DNA of 60,544 bases from a virus. This document shows positions 26,747 to 35,701 of the stretch, piece by piece. Position numbers and translations under genes: made by a program. The DNA lies in IMG/VR virus record IMGVR_UViG_3300027908_000020, positions 1 through 60,544 of that record; one strand, written 5' to 3'. The notes beneath the pieces were generated by a model that ran no database searches, had not been told where the DNA came from, and worked only from the letters and a program-made list of their open reading frames with translations. Position 1 is the stretch's first letter; each line of letters opens with the position of its first letter.

Positions 26747-28893
26747 TGGAACCCATAAGGTTAGTACTAGAAAATTTCTGTAGTCATTCTAAGAGTGATA
26801 TTGATTTTACAGATTTTAATAGCGCTCTTATTATAGGAAAAATTAAAGGTAATGATAAGTTTTCTAATGGTTCAGGGAAAAGCACAATATTTGCTGCTAT
26901 CAAATATGCTATTTTTAATAGAACTGATTTCTCTATCCTTGATAAAATCGTTAGACATGGTTGTGATCACTGTCAAGTTATATTTGAATTTAAGTCTGAT
27001 TCATCTATTATATACAAAATTACAAGAAAGTATTCTAAAAGATCCGGAACAGATATTAGGTTAGCTAGAAAAAATGGGGAGACCTGGGAAGAAATTACTC
27101 AAAGAAAACCCTCGGAAACAGAAAAAGATATAGCCAAGATAATTAAGATTAATTATAAAACTTTTTGTAATTCTGTTTTATTTTCACAAAGAGATCTACT
27201 TGATGGGTTAGCGGCCATAACGCCAGGTGATAGGAAGAAGGCTCTAAAGGAAGCCCTACAACTAAATGTGTATTCTGTTTTTGAGAAGGTAGCCAAGAAG
27301 AAGGTTGCAGACATAATTAGAGAGATTGATATAGCTGAAACTATTCTTGGAACCGTTGGTGATCCCATTAAAGACATATCAGATATAGATATTAAATTAA
27401 TTGATATCGATAATTTTTTATCAGAAAAAAGCTCGCTATATTCTATTACAAAAGAGAAGCTGGAAAATGAAAATAAGATGTTCGCATCTCTTAATACAAA
27501 ATTTGAGTTGTTAGAAAAACAATCTTCTGAATCAGCGATCAAACAAAAACAGTTACAATCTGAGATTACAAGTTTAACTGCTGCTAGCACAGAATACGAA
27601 AAGAAGCTTGCCCTCCTAAAGAGAGAGGGTAAACAACTTGCTGAAGAAGTATCGGATTTGACAATAAAGATAAAGCGCCCTAGTAGTATTAATTTTGAAA
27701 AATTACAAAACGATATAATTGAGTTGTCATCTAGTGTTGTAGAAAAACTTGCTCTACAAAAGAATGTGGAAATGATTCTTAAAGATCTTGGTACTCCGCT
27801 GCCAAAAGATGGCATATGCAAGCATTGTAGGCAGCCAATTACAGACGAACATAGAAGAGCCTGTATGGAGCAGATAGATCAAGAGATAGAAGAATATTCG
27901 AAACAACAAATATCTCTTGATACAGAGATTAAAAATTTGCGTTTGCGAGAAAGTGCGCTCAACAAAGATAAATCTGCTTATGAACTTCATGAGAAAGAGC
28001 TTGTATCTTTTAGAAACTCTCTAGAGATAAAGAGAAAAGAAATTGAGCACAAACGAGCATTGTATACAGAATATACTGAATCTGCTGACAAAAATAAGGT
28101 ATCTTTAGATGATAAGAGCGCCCAATTCGATAAGCTCAAGAAAACGCAATTTATGCAAAGTGCTGATGAGTATACCAATCTAAAGACAGATATTAGTAAT
28201 GTTAAAACAAAAATCTTTTCATTCTCAAAAGAGATAGATGATATTTCTAAATTACTTTCATCATTATCAAATAATAAAGCCATTCTCCTTCATAAAAAAG
28301 ATGAGCGTACCAGTGACATAGAAAAGATTAAATCAATTAAAGAAAACATTAAGGTTCTCGAAGATAAGTTTTCATTGCATCAAAAAGTGGTTCAGGCGTT
28401 CGGAGCTGCCGGTATACCTGCGCTTATAACGCACACTATTTTAGATGATTTCCAGATTGAAACAAATAATCTTCTAACTCAGTTACGTCCTGGGTTGCAG
28501 GCTCAGTTCTCGGTCATTAAAGATAGGGACGATGGAGACCAAGAAGACACGCTTGATATAACGTATCTTCTTAACGGATATGAATTAGAGTACGATCAAT
28601 TGTCTGGTGCTCAGAAACTTATTGCATCCCTATGTCTAAAACTAGGCCTGGCTTCGGTCATTAAGAAAAGGCTGGGAACAGATATTAAATTACTTTTGAT
28701 TGATGAAGCAGATCAATCCTTAGATGATGGTATATTGGAAGCATTTGAAGATTCTATAAAGAAATTACAAAAAGACTTCAAGATACTTGTTATAACACAC
28801 AACAAAGAACTTAAAGAAAAATTTAGTCATGCAATTCTGGTAGAACAAGACGAGAACTTAGTTTCTACAGCAAAGGTTGTTAACACATGGTGA
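26746..28893 (+). CDS. sbcC: SbcC/Rad50-like SMC ATPase
   Basis: LENFCSH, NGSGKST, long coiled coil with CKHC zinc hook, LSGAQ, LLIDE, VITH. Confidence 0.92.
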   Translation: MEPIRLVLENFCSHSKSDIDFTDFNSALIIGKIKGNDKFSNGSGKSTIFAAIKYAIFNRTDFSILDKIVRHGCDHCQVIFEFKSDSSIIYKITRKYSKRSGTDIRLARKNGETWEEITQRKPSETEKDIAKIIKINYKTFCNSVLFSQRDLLDGLAAITPGDRKKALKEALQLNVYSVFEKVAKKKVADIIREIDIAETILGTVGDPIKDISDIDIKLIDIDNFLSEKSSLYSITKEKLENENKMFASLNTKFELLEKQSSESAIKQKQLQSEITSLTAASTEYEKKLALLKREGKQLAEEVSDLTIKIKRPSSINFEKLQNDIIELSSSVVEKLALQKNVEMILKDLGTPLPKDGICKHCRQPITDEHRRACMEQIDQEIEEYSKQQISLDTEIKNLRLRESALNKDKSAYELHEKELVSFRNSLEIKRKEIEHKRALYTEYTESADKNKVSLDDKSAQFDKLKKTQFMQSADEYTNLKTDISNVKTKIFSFSKEIDDISKLLSSLSNNKAILLHKKDERTSDIEKIKSIKENIKVLEDKFSLHQKVVQAFGAAGIPALITHTILDDFQIETNNLLTQLRPGLQAQFSVIKDRDDGDQEDTLDITYLLNGYELEYDQLSGAQKLIASLCLKLGLASVIKKRLGTDIKLLLIDEADQSLDDGILEAFEDSIKKLQKDFKILVITHNKELKEKFSHAILVEQDENLVSTAKVVNTW

Positions 28894-28896
28894 ATT

Positions 28897-29511
28897 ATGG
28901 ATATCATAAATAACAAAGCGGGGATTCAGTATTTATTTGCAATATCAGGCAAAGCCCGCGCCGGAAAAAATACTGTTGCGTCCCTAATGATTAAACATCT
29001 TGGTTATCCAGAAGATAAAACTAAAATAGTTGCTTTAGCAGATCCAATGAAACGAATAGTGAAATCCATGTTTCCAGAGGCTTCCGAAGAGTGTCTTTAT
29101 GGTCCAAGCGAGTTGAGGTCTACAATCATTGCTGATAAGTATTTTGACAAGAATGGCAAATCATTAACTTATAGGCAGGCTCTTATAGATCTAGGCGCAT
29201 TTGGACGCCAATATAATGGAGATATCTGGCTTAATTGTTTAGTCGAAGATGCAAGAAGCTCAACAGATAAATGGGCCTATATTGTTAGCGACGTAAGATT
29301 TATTAATGAATTCAAATTTCTTAAAGAAGCAGGATTTACGATGATTCGCGTTCTTAGGGATGATGCTGCTAGAATTGATGACATATCTGAAACCCAGCAA
29401 GAAATTATTCCAAATACAGATTTTCACTACGTAATAGATAATAATAGTTCTTTAAATGATTTATCGGAGAGCGTTAGATGTACCATCCTCCGAAATACTG
29501 GTATGATATAG
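28897..29511 (+). CDS. Deoxynucleoside monophosphate kinase (T4 gp1-like)
   Basis: SGKARAGKNT, LADPMK, RQALIDLG, SDVRFINE. Confidence 0.8.
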   Translation: MDIINNKAGIQYLFAISGKARAGKNTVASLMIKHLGYPEDKTKIVALADPMKRIVKSMFPEASEECLYGPSELRSTIIADKYFDKNGKSLTYRQALIDLGAFGRQYNGDIWLNCLVEDARSSTDKWAYIVSDVRFINEFKFLKEAGFTMIRVLRDDAARIDDISETQQEIIPNTDFHYVIDNNSSLNDLSESVRCTILRNTGMI

Positions 29512-29532
29512 TTATAATATAGGATATATGTA

Positions 29533-29877
29533 ATGATCCCCGAAGAATCAAAGAAGCTATTTGTAGATAAGTATTCTAGTATAGGTACTGAGAAGTTCTA
29601 TAAATTTCTTTTAAATTACGCAGTCAATAGAATAATAACTAGCCGAGAAGATTCTCCATCACAGGGAGTTAAAAAGCAAGAAATAAAGGGTGCTAGTCCA
29701 GAGTTAGAGCTTATGGATTACCATGATAAATTTATGATTCTTTACCGAAGAGAGGGTGAAGGTGTATATCTTGAAATGGCTAAATTATTTAGAAAAGCAG
29801 CACACAAGATATATAGGATCATGTTAAAGAAAGAATTAATAGAAAAAAATGTAAGATTTCTAAACACAGTGGAATAG
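29533..29877 (+). CDS. Hypothetical protein
   Basis: 114-aa ORF. Confidence 0.65.
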   Translation: MIPEESKKLFVDKYSSIGTEKFYKFLLNYAVNRIITSREDSPSQGVKKQEIKGASPELELMDYHDKFMILYRREGEGVYLEMAKLFRKAAHKIYRIMLKKELIEKNVRFLNTVE

Positions 29878-29878
29878 C

Positions 29879-30901
29879 ATGGCGATAATAAATATTACAA
29901 TTACTCCTTCCACTACAGAGGTTCAGCCAGGTATTCCGGCTACTATAATGCTATCTACTAACATACCTGCTACAATTTTTTATACTTTAGATGGTTCTTC
30001 TCCAACCACGTTCTCGCCCGTATATGTGGCACCGATATTAATGCCCTCGGGCCCCCTCTCTATAATTCTATCGGTTAATGCCTCTGACGGTACAAATAAT
30101 TCTGCTACGATAGTTCAGACATATACAACGAATCCAGACCAATTGTCAACAGATGCTGGCGCTCGGCTTCCTCATTCTGCGACAACAAATGTAAATAATG
30201 CATCCACAAATAATAGTTTGTTTCCATTCGGAACCAACAGTCCAAATCCAAATTTTCAGTATCTAAATCCTGCAGATGCTGGTTACACAGTAAATAACGA
30301 AGCTTTACCATCGACTCCAGCCGGATTTGATGGTGAGGGTAATCCAGCAGTATTCACTAACCAACCACTTAGCTACTACGAGTTTCAAGAAGTATATTCC
30401 ACATTGAATTGGCTCAATGAAGAAGAGCCTGGTGTTGGGAACTTACCTGGACAAACTCAGGTGGTTGCAAGCTCATTTCCAGTACAGTACAGCCCAGAAC
30501 GTTCTAGCACCTCTGACAAAATCTTTAATCCAAGAGCCCTTGTGATTTATCAGGATTCAACTACAGAAGATCCTACCAATCCAGTTGTTATCAATAGACC
30601 ATACATGTCATTGGAAAATCCAGAAACTGTACGTGATGGTAATTTACTTTACAATTCCACATTAGACAGTCCCCCAACAATGGGAGGTTTTGTGAATAGA
30701 TGGTATAATGCAAGAACTAATATGATGACGTATTACTATTATGATAACACTGTTGGTCGATGGATTATATCGACAACCCCATATTCACCAACTCAAAATG
30801 TTGGGGCGCTTCAAAATGTGGTGTTCGGGCGGAACTCTAAAGAGGGCGGAGGATCAAAATATTTCAAATGGGTTCCGTTTCTATACCGCACACTTATTTA
30901 A
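29879..30901 (+). CDS. Hypothetical protein with N-terminal Fn3-associated/chitobiase-C Ig-like domain (possibly virion)
   Basis: ATIFYTLDGSSPT..SPVY..PI; Thr/Asn/Pro-rich. Confidence 0.65.
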   Translation: MAIINITITPSTTEVQPGIPATIMLSTNIPATIFYTLDGSSPTTFSPVYVAPILMPSGPLSIILSVNASDGTNNSATIVQTYTTNPDQLSTDAGARLPHSATTNVNNASTNNSLFPFGTNSPNPNFQYLNPADAGYTVNNEALPSTPAGFDGEGNPAVFTNQPLSYYEFQEVYSTLNWLNEEEPGVGNLPGQTQVVASSFPVQYSPERSSTSDKIFNPRALVIYQDSTTEDPTNPVVINRPYMSLENPETVRDGNLLYNSTLDSPPTMGGFVNRWYNARTNMMTYYYYDNTVGRWIISTTPYSPTQNVGALQNVVFGRNSKEGGGSKYFKWVPFLYRTLI

Positions 30902-31013
30902 ACCTTTTACCTACCGCTACCGTATTTCCGGTCGACGTCATACGATGTAGTTTACAGATAGGCTCCGATAAATAGCTTGTCGAGTTAGCATCATTTGTTT
31001 ATTATTATCTATA

Positions 31014-31787
31014 ATGCCCGAATTATCGTTACGATTATCTGTTAGTAAATGTAAAACATATTCTGACTGCCAAAAAAAATATAAATTTGCATATATTGAT
31101 AAACTACCTCAAAAGGAATTTATTTTTCATACTTTTGGAAAATTCTTACATAAAGTGTTAGAAGATTTTCACCTTGAATATATAAATGGTTCAACTGAAA
31201 AATTTAGCACCGTAATGTCTAAGGTATTTAAATCTGCCAAATCGGAATTTAAATTATCTAGTGAAATGCAAAAAGAAGCTTATGAAATAATAAATGCTTA
31301 TTTAAAAAAAATATCTATTGAGGATGGCGAATCTAAAATTATTGCAGTCGAAAAAAAATTCGATTTTGCCATAACTGATAGAGTGATATTAAATGGTATG
31401 ATTGATAGAATTCAATTAGATGGTGATGGTATTTTGCATGTGGCAGATTACAAAACTACTAAGAATAAAAAATATCTTAAAAATGATTTTTTACAATTAC
31501 TTACGTACGCATACGTAATTTGGTCAGAAAATCAAGATATCGAAAAAGTTCGGGGCTCGTATGTTCTATTGAGACATAATTTTGAGTACATAACAAAAGA
31601 ATTTGTTAAGGACGAAATATTAGAAATAAAAAATAAATATGAAGATTATGCAAAACAGATCGAGGAAGAACAATTATGGAGGCCGAACCCGACACGGTTA
31701 TGTGAATATTGCTCATACTTAGATATTTGTAAAGAAGGAATTGCCGCTACTAGACCAAAGGTATCATATGGCGAATCATCCTGGTAG
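31014..31787 (+). CDS. PD-(D/E)XK nuclease, RecB/Cas4-like, with probable Fe-S Cys ligands
   Basis: LSVS..YSDCQKKY, G..LHKVLE, E..F, GMIDRI, DYKT, QLLTY, CEYCSYLDIC. Confidence 0.85.
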   Translation: MPELSLRLSVSKCKTYSDCQKKYKFAYIDKLPQKEFIFHTFGKFLHKVLEDFHLEYINGSTEKFSTVMSKVFKSAKSEFKLSSEMQKEAYEIINAYLKKISIEDGESKIIAVEKKFDFAITDRVILNGMIDRIQLDGDGILHVADYKTTKNKKYLKNDFLQLLTYAYVIWSENQDIEKVRGSYVLLRHNFEYITKEFVKDEILEIKNKYEDYAKQIEEEQLWRPNPTRLCEYCSYLDICKEGIAATRPKVSYGESSW

Positions 31788-32493
31788 TACAAAAATTTGT
31801 ATTAATTGCTCAAAGATTAAAGAATTTTTAGAGTACCCAAAAGTTAAGGGTAAAAACGAAATCATTTATTTTAAAAATAAATGCAAACAGTGTTATAGTG
31901 AATATAATTCAAAATATTACATCGATAATTTAGAATATTTTGATTCACACAATAGAGAATATTGGGAAAATAATAGAGAAGAATTAGTTATAAGAAATAA
32001 ACTTTATAAATTGAACAACAAAGATAAAGTTGATGAAACTAGAAAAAAATATCGGGACAATAATAAAATTCATCTTAATGAGAAACGCGCTGAACGAGCT
32101 AAGTTTCTAAGAAAAACCGATCCAAGTTTTAAACTAAAAGAGATAGTTTCATCGACAATTAGAAGTGCTTTGCGTAAAGCTGGTTCTACTAAAAATGGCA
32201 ATTCTATTTTAGATGTGTTGCCATATACTATTGAGCAACTTAAGATTTATTTAGAATCCCAATTCGAGTCTTGGATGTCCTGGGAAAATTGGGGAGTATA
32301 TGATGCTACAACGTGGAAAGATGACGACACGACTACTTGGACTTGGCAGATAGATCACATAATTCCACAGGCCAACTTGCCATATGAGTCAATGTCTGAT
32401 GAAAATTTTCAAAAATGTTGGGCATTAATCAATTTGAGACCATATTCAGCAAAATCTAATGTATTAGATGGAGTTAAGAAATCAAGGAAGTAA
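31768..32493 (+). CDS. Putative HNH-type homing endonuclease
   Basis: N-terminal CINC/CKQC, LESQFESWMSWENWG, WQIDHIIP, CWALINLRP..AKSN. Confidence 0.75.
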   Translation: MANHPGSTKICINCSKIKEFLEYPKVKGKNEIIYFKNKCKQCYSEYNSKYYIDNLEYFDSHNREYWENNREELVIRNKLYKLNNKDKVDETRKKYRDNNKIHLNEKRAERAKFLRKTDPSFKLKEIVSSTIRSALRKAGSTKNGNSILDVLPYTIEQLKIYLESQFESWMSWENWGVYDATTWKDDDTTTWTWQIDHIIPQANLPYESMSDENFQKCWALINLRPYSAKSNVLDGVKKSRK

Positions 32494-32494
32494 T

Positions 32495-33736
32495 ATGAAT
32501 ATTACGATGGAAGAAATAGAATATTGTAAGGTTGACGTTCACTATGAGTCAGATATTGAAACTATTATCTCGAAAAGAAGTGAAGTTGTAGCGAAATTTA
32601 AGGATGTTGCTGTACCAGGATTTAGGCTCGGACATGCTTCTCCCGAAGTTCTAAAAATCTATTTTAGAAAAGAGATAGACGAAGCTCTTCAGAAAGAGCT
32701 TGCTAATGATGCAGTTCAAAATACAATTTTCGAAAAAGGTATAAAGCCATTTGGGTACCCACAATTTAAATCCATTCATCTGGAAGGTAACAAATTCAAT
32801 TGTGATTTTACATTACATGTACAGCCAGCGTTTGAACTTCAACAGTATAAGGATTTTGAAATTCCTAAGCCAGCTGAAAAGATGAATGCGGTTGAGTTAG
32901 CGCAAAAAATTCTTCAAGATCTAAGAGTTAGATATGGCGAGACAACTCCATATGGAGAAAATGATTTTGTCCAAATTGGGGATAACGTGGTTATTAATTA
33001 TAATGGCACCGTTGATGAGCAGCCGGTTGACAGGCTTACGGCTTCTGGTGAACTTGTACAAGTTGGTAAAACGCCAATACCAGGATTCGATGATAACCTT
33101 CTCGGTATGAAGACCGGCGAAGAACGAGTTTTCTCATTAGTTATGCCTGCTGAGGTTACTGATAGTTTGGCCGGGAAAAATGTTACATTCAATGTAAAAC
33201 TTATCTTAGGATCAAAGGTTCAACCAGCACCATTGGATGATAGTTTAGCAAAGAAGGTTGGTTTTGAAAGTTTTGAAATCATGATGAACCATGCTAGCAG
33301 TACAGCTTCAAACAGGGTTCAGGAAACCACACGTAACCAGATTATGGATCAAGTATCTAAAAGATTGATAACTAATCATGAATTTAAAATTCCACATTGG
33401 ATTTCTTCGGCAGAAGCTCAAATGAGCGCCAAGAATAATGGAGAGAATTGGGAAGTTCTTTCTGATGTCCAAAAAGAAAGATATCTAGAGCACGCCGATA
33501 ATAGCATCAAACTATCTTTAGTCTTAGCAAAAATACGTGATGTGGAGCCAGAGGCTCAGCTAAGTGATGAAGAAGTATTTAAGATAGCAAAAGAGAATAT
33601 ATCTAAATTCTCGGATAAGCCTGAGGAAGTATTTGAAGGCATGTTTAAAAATGGGCATCTTCCAATTCTTTTTAACAGAATCAGAGACGAGAACACATTA
33701 GGCTTCATACAGAAGCATTGTACAATAATTGAATAA
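32495..33736 (+). CDS. tig: Trigger factor
   Basis: VPGFRLGHAS ribosome-binding loop, GDNVVINYNG, IPGFDDNLLGMKTGEE, LAGKNVTFNVK; full three-domain length. Confidence 0.9.
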   Translation: MNITMEEIEYCKVDVHYESDIETIISKRSEVVAKFKDVAVPGFRLGHASPEVLKIYFRKEIDEALQKELANDAVQNTIFEKGIKPFGYPQFKSIHLEGNKFNCDFTLHVQPAFELQQYKDFEIPKPAEKMNAVELAQKILQDLRVRYGETTPYGENDFVQIGDNVVINYNGTVDEQPVDRLTASGELVQVGKTPIPGFDDNLLGMKTGEERVFSLVMPAEVTDSLAGKNVTFNVKLILGSKVQPAPLDDSLAKKVGFESFEIMMNHASSTASNRVQETTRNQIMDQVSKRLITNHEFKIPHWISSAEAQMSAKNNGENWEVLSDVQKERYLEHADNSIKLSLVLAKIRDVEPEAQLSDEEVFKIAKENISKFSDKPEEVFEGMFKNGHLPILFNRIRDENTLGFIQKHCTIIE

Positions 33737-33744
33737 GAGGCATT

Positions 33745-34026
33745 ATGAGTAAGACTATTTTTCCAGATAAGTATCGTAAAAAAATTGAACCAGAGTTTCT
33801 AGATAATGTTAATGCTATGGATACAGAAGAGATTAAGAAAAGACTTCTGGAGCAAGAATCTGCTGTTTATGACGCAGAAAACGAAAAAGAAGAGGATAAG
33901 GAATTAACCGAGGCTCGTGAAAAGGTTAAGGAATTTTCAAAACCTTACAGAGAGAAGAAGGCACAAGCAACTGCAAAAATTAAATATTGCATGTTTGTGC
34001 TGGAAAATCGGGGAGTTAATCTTTGA
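33745..34026 (+). CDS. Hypothetical coiled-coil protein
   Basis: GAGG SD; 93 aa. Confidence 0.65.
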   Translation: MSKTIFPDKYRKKIEPEFLDNVNAMDTEEIKKRLLEQESAVYDAENEKEEDKELTEAREKVKEFSKPYREKKAQATAKIKYCMFVLENRGVNL

Positions 34027-34313
34027 CGGAAATCAAAAAAATTGTAACAAAGTCATGTTCAGCCTGCTCCAAGGGCCAAATATTATTACAATTTGATTTT
34101 CCGCTAGATATAGCACATAAACAATTTTTTGCGGATTCTAAGTTTATAGAATCGAAAGCCTATGCAGACCGGGGTATATTGTATGTGGAAGATGCTAATC
34201 TTGTCGCCATGGGGCCTTTTGGTTCTAATCGATTAAATATAAGATGTAAAACGAATTCTTGTGATGACAGCGTAGCAATTGTGGAAGGGATACTTCGGAA
34301 CATAAAAGGATAA
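34023..34313 (+). CDS. Hypothetical protein
   Basis: TTG start after GGGAG; CSAC. Confidence 0.6.
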   Translation: MTEIKKIVTKSCSACSKGQILLQFDFPLDIAHKQFFADSKFIESKAYADRGILYVEDANLVAMGPFGSNRLNIRCKTNSCDDSVAIVEGILRNIKG

Positions 34314-34315
34314 TT

Positions 34316-34987
34316 GTGAAAAAATGTACTTCTTGTCAAATAGAGAAGGAATTTTCTGAATTTCGATTTAGAAAGGATCGAAATTCTTATATTGCAATTT
34401 GTCGGGTATGTGAAGCTTTTAAAAAAGCAGAGTATGCTAAAACCCATAAGCCACAACAAGCTATCTCAAGACATCTTTATTATTTAAATAATAAAGATAA
34501 AGAAAGAGAAAATAATAAAAAGTGGTTATTAGATAATAAATCTGAGAGGGCAAAGTATCATACTGAATATGAAAAGAAAAGAAAAGAGATAGACCCGTCG
34601 TTTAGAATTAGAGTTTCTGTATCAAAATTAATAAATAATTATTTTATATTAAATGGTCTAACGAAAGGTAATCTGTCTTTTTTAAAATTTGTTGGTTGGA
34701 ATTTAGAAGAATTGAAACAACATTTAGAGTCTCTTTTTGAGCCATGGATGAGTTGGAATAATTGGGGCAAATATAATCCAAAAGAATGGGATGATAACAA
34801 TACGTCTACATGGACATGGAACATAGATCATATAGTCCCACATTCAACATTTAAATATTCCTCAATGGAGGATGATGATTTTAAGAAATGTTGGGCTTTA
34901 AGTAATTTAAGACCTTTAAGTTCAAAACAAAATTTGCTTGATGGCTCTAAACGAACGAGGCACCAAAATGTCAATAAAGGACGTTAG
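34316..34987 (+). CDS. Putative HNH-type homing endonuclease (paralogue of 31768-32493)
   Basis: CTSC/CRVC, LESLFEPWMSWNNWG, WNIDHIVP, CWALSNLRPL..KQN. Confidence 0.75.
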   Translation: MKKCTSCQIEKEFSEFRFRKDRNSYIAICRVCEAFKKAEYAKTHKPQQAISRHLYYLNNKDKERENNKKWLLDNKSERAKYHTEYEKKRKEIDPSFRIRVSVSKLINNYFILNGLTKGNLSFLKFVGWNLEELKQHLESLFEPWMSWNNWGKYNPKEWDDNNTSTWTWNIDHIVPHSTFKYSSMEDDDFKKCWALSNLRPLSSKQNLLDGSKRTRHQNVNKGR

Positions 34988-35621
34988 AAATCAATCATAT
35001 GATTATGAATTAATTGCCATGTCTTATCATGAGGCAGGTCATGCCATTTGTGCTTTAAGCAATTTCTTACAAGTCATTGATGTAAGTGTAATGACGCCCA
35101 AAACTAATATGGGGTACACTAATTGGTATATTTATGATGCCAATGATGTGAAAGATGAGGATTTGCGTAAAGTTCTTTTTATAGCTGAGGTTCAAGCACT
35201 CTATGCGGGGCTCTTAGCTGAAAAAATGTATTATAAAGATATCTGTGGCTCTGATGATTTTCCCATGCATTTGAGGGCTGGTTCATCAGAGGATACTACT
35301 ACGGCATCTTCTATAATAAGAAAAAATAATCTAGCCAAGTCTGGTAGACAAACTCATTTGTTCAAAAAACAAATGAAATGTGATGTTGAAGAATTTCTTC
35401 AAGAACATTGGGAAGAAGTAAAAATAGTTGCCCATGCTCTATACAAGAAGACGAGACTGTCACATGACGAACTCAAGTACCTACTAACCAGAAAGACCGA
35501 GTATAGGGATTTCTGGAAAGATAAGTTTAAGAAACTCAAGATCATACACAATGATAAAACTCCCCCACTGGAGGAAACTGTCAAAGACATAGTTCTTGAA
35601 AATGTAATATATAGTATATAA
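34968..35621 (+). CDS. Stand-alone M41 (FtsH-type) zinc peptidase domain
   Basis: SYHEAGHAI, AGLLAE, GSSED, VAHALYKKTRLS. Confidence 0.75.
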   Translation: MSIKDVRNQSYDYELIAMSYHEAGHAICALSNFLQVIDVSVMTPKTNMGYTNWYIYDANDVKDEDLRKVLFIAEVQALYAGLLAEKMYYKDICGSDDFPMHLRAGSSEDTTTASSIIRKNNLAKSGRQTHLFKKQMKCDVEEFLQEHWEEVKIVAHALYKKTRLSHDELKYLLTRKTEYRDFWKDKFKKLKIIHNDKTPPLEETVKDIVLENVIYSI

Positions 35622-35701
35622 TATTCAACTTCATTTGAACATGGTACAAGTACCATAGACCTTTCGTAGGCTGTATTAAATGTTGATAATACTGAGGAAA
35701 T

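Noticed and set aside
27153-27821. Long minus-strand ORF (222 aa) and the many other antisense or nested ORFs in the track
   Set aside because: They are shadows of well-supported genes on the opposite strand or frame and show no recognisable motifs
31014-31787. CRISPR-Cas system
   Set aside because: Only a solo Cas4/RecB-like nuclease; no cas1/cas2 and no repeat-spacer array seen
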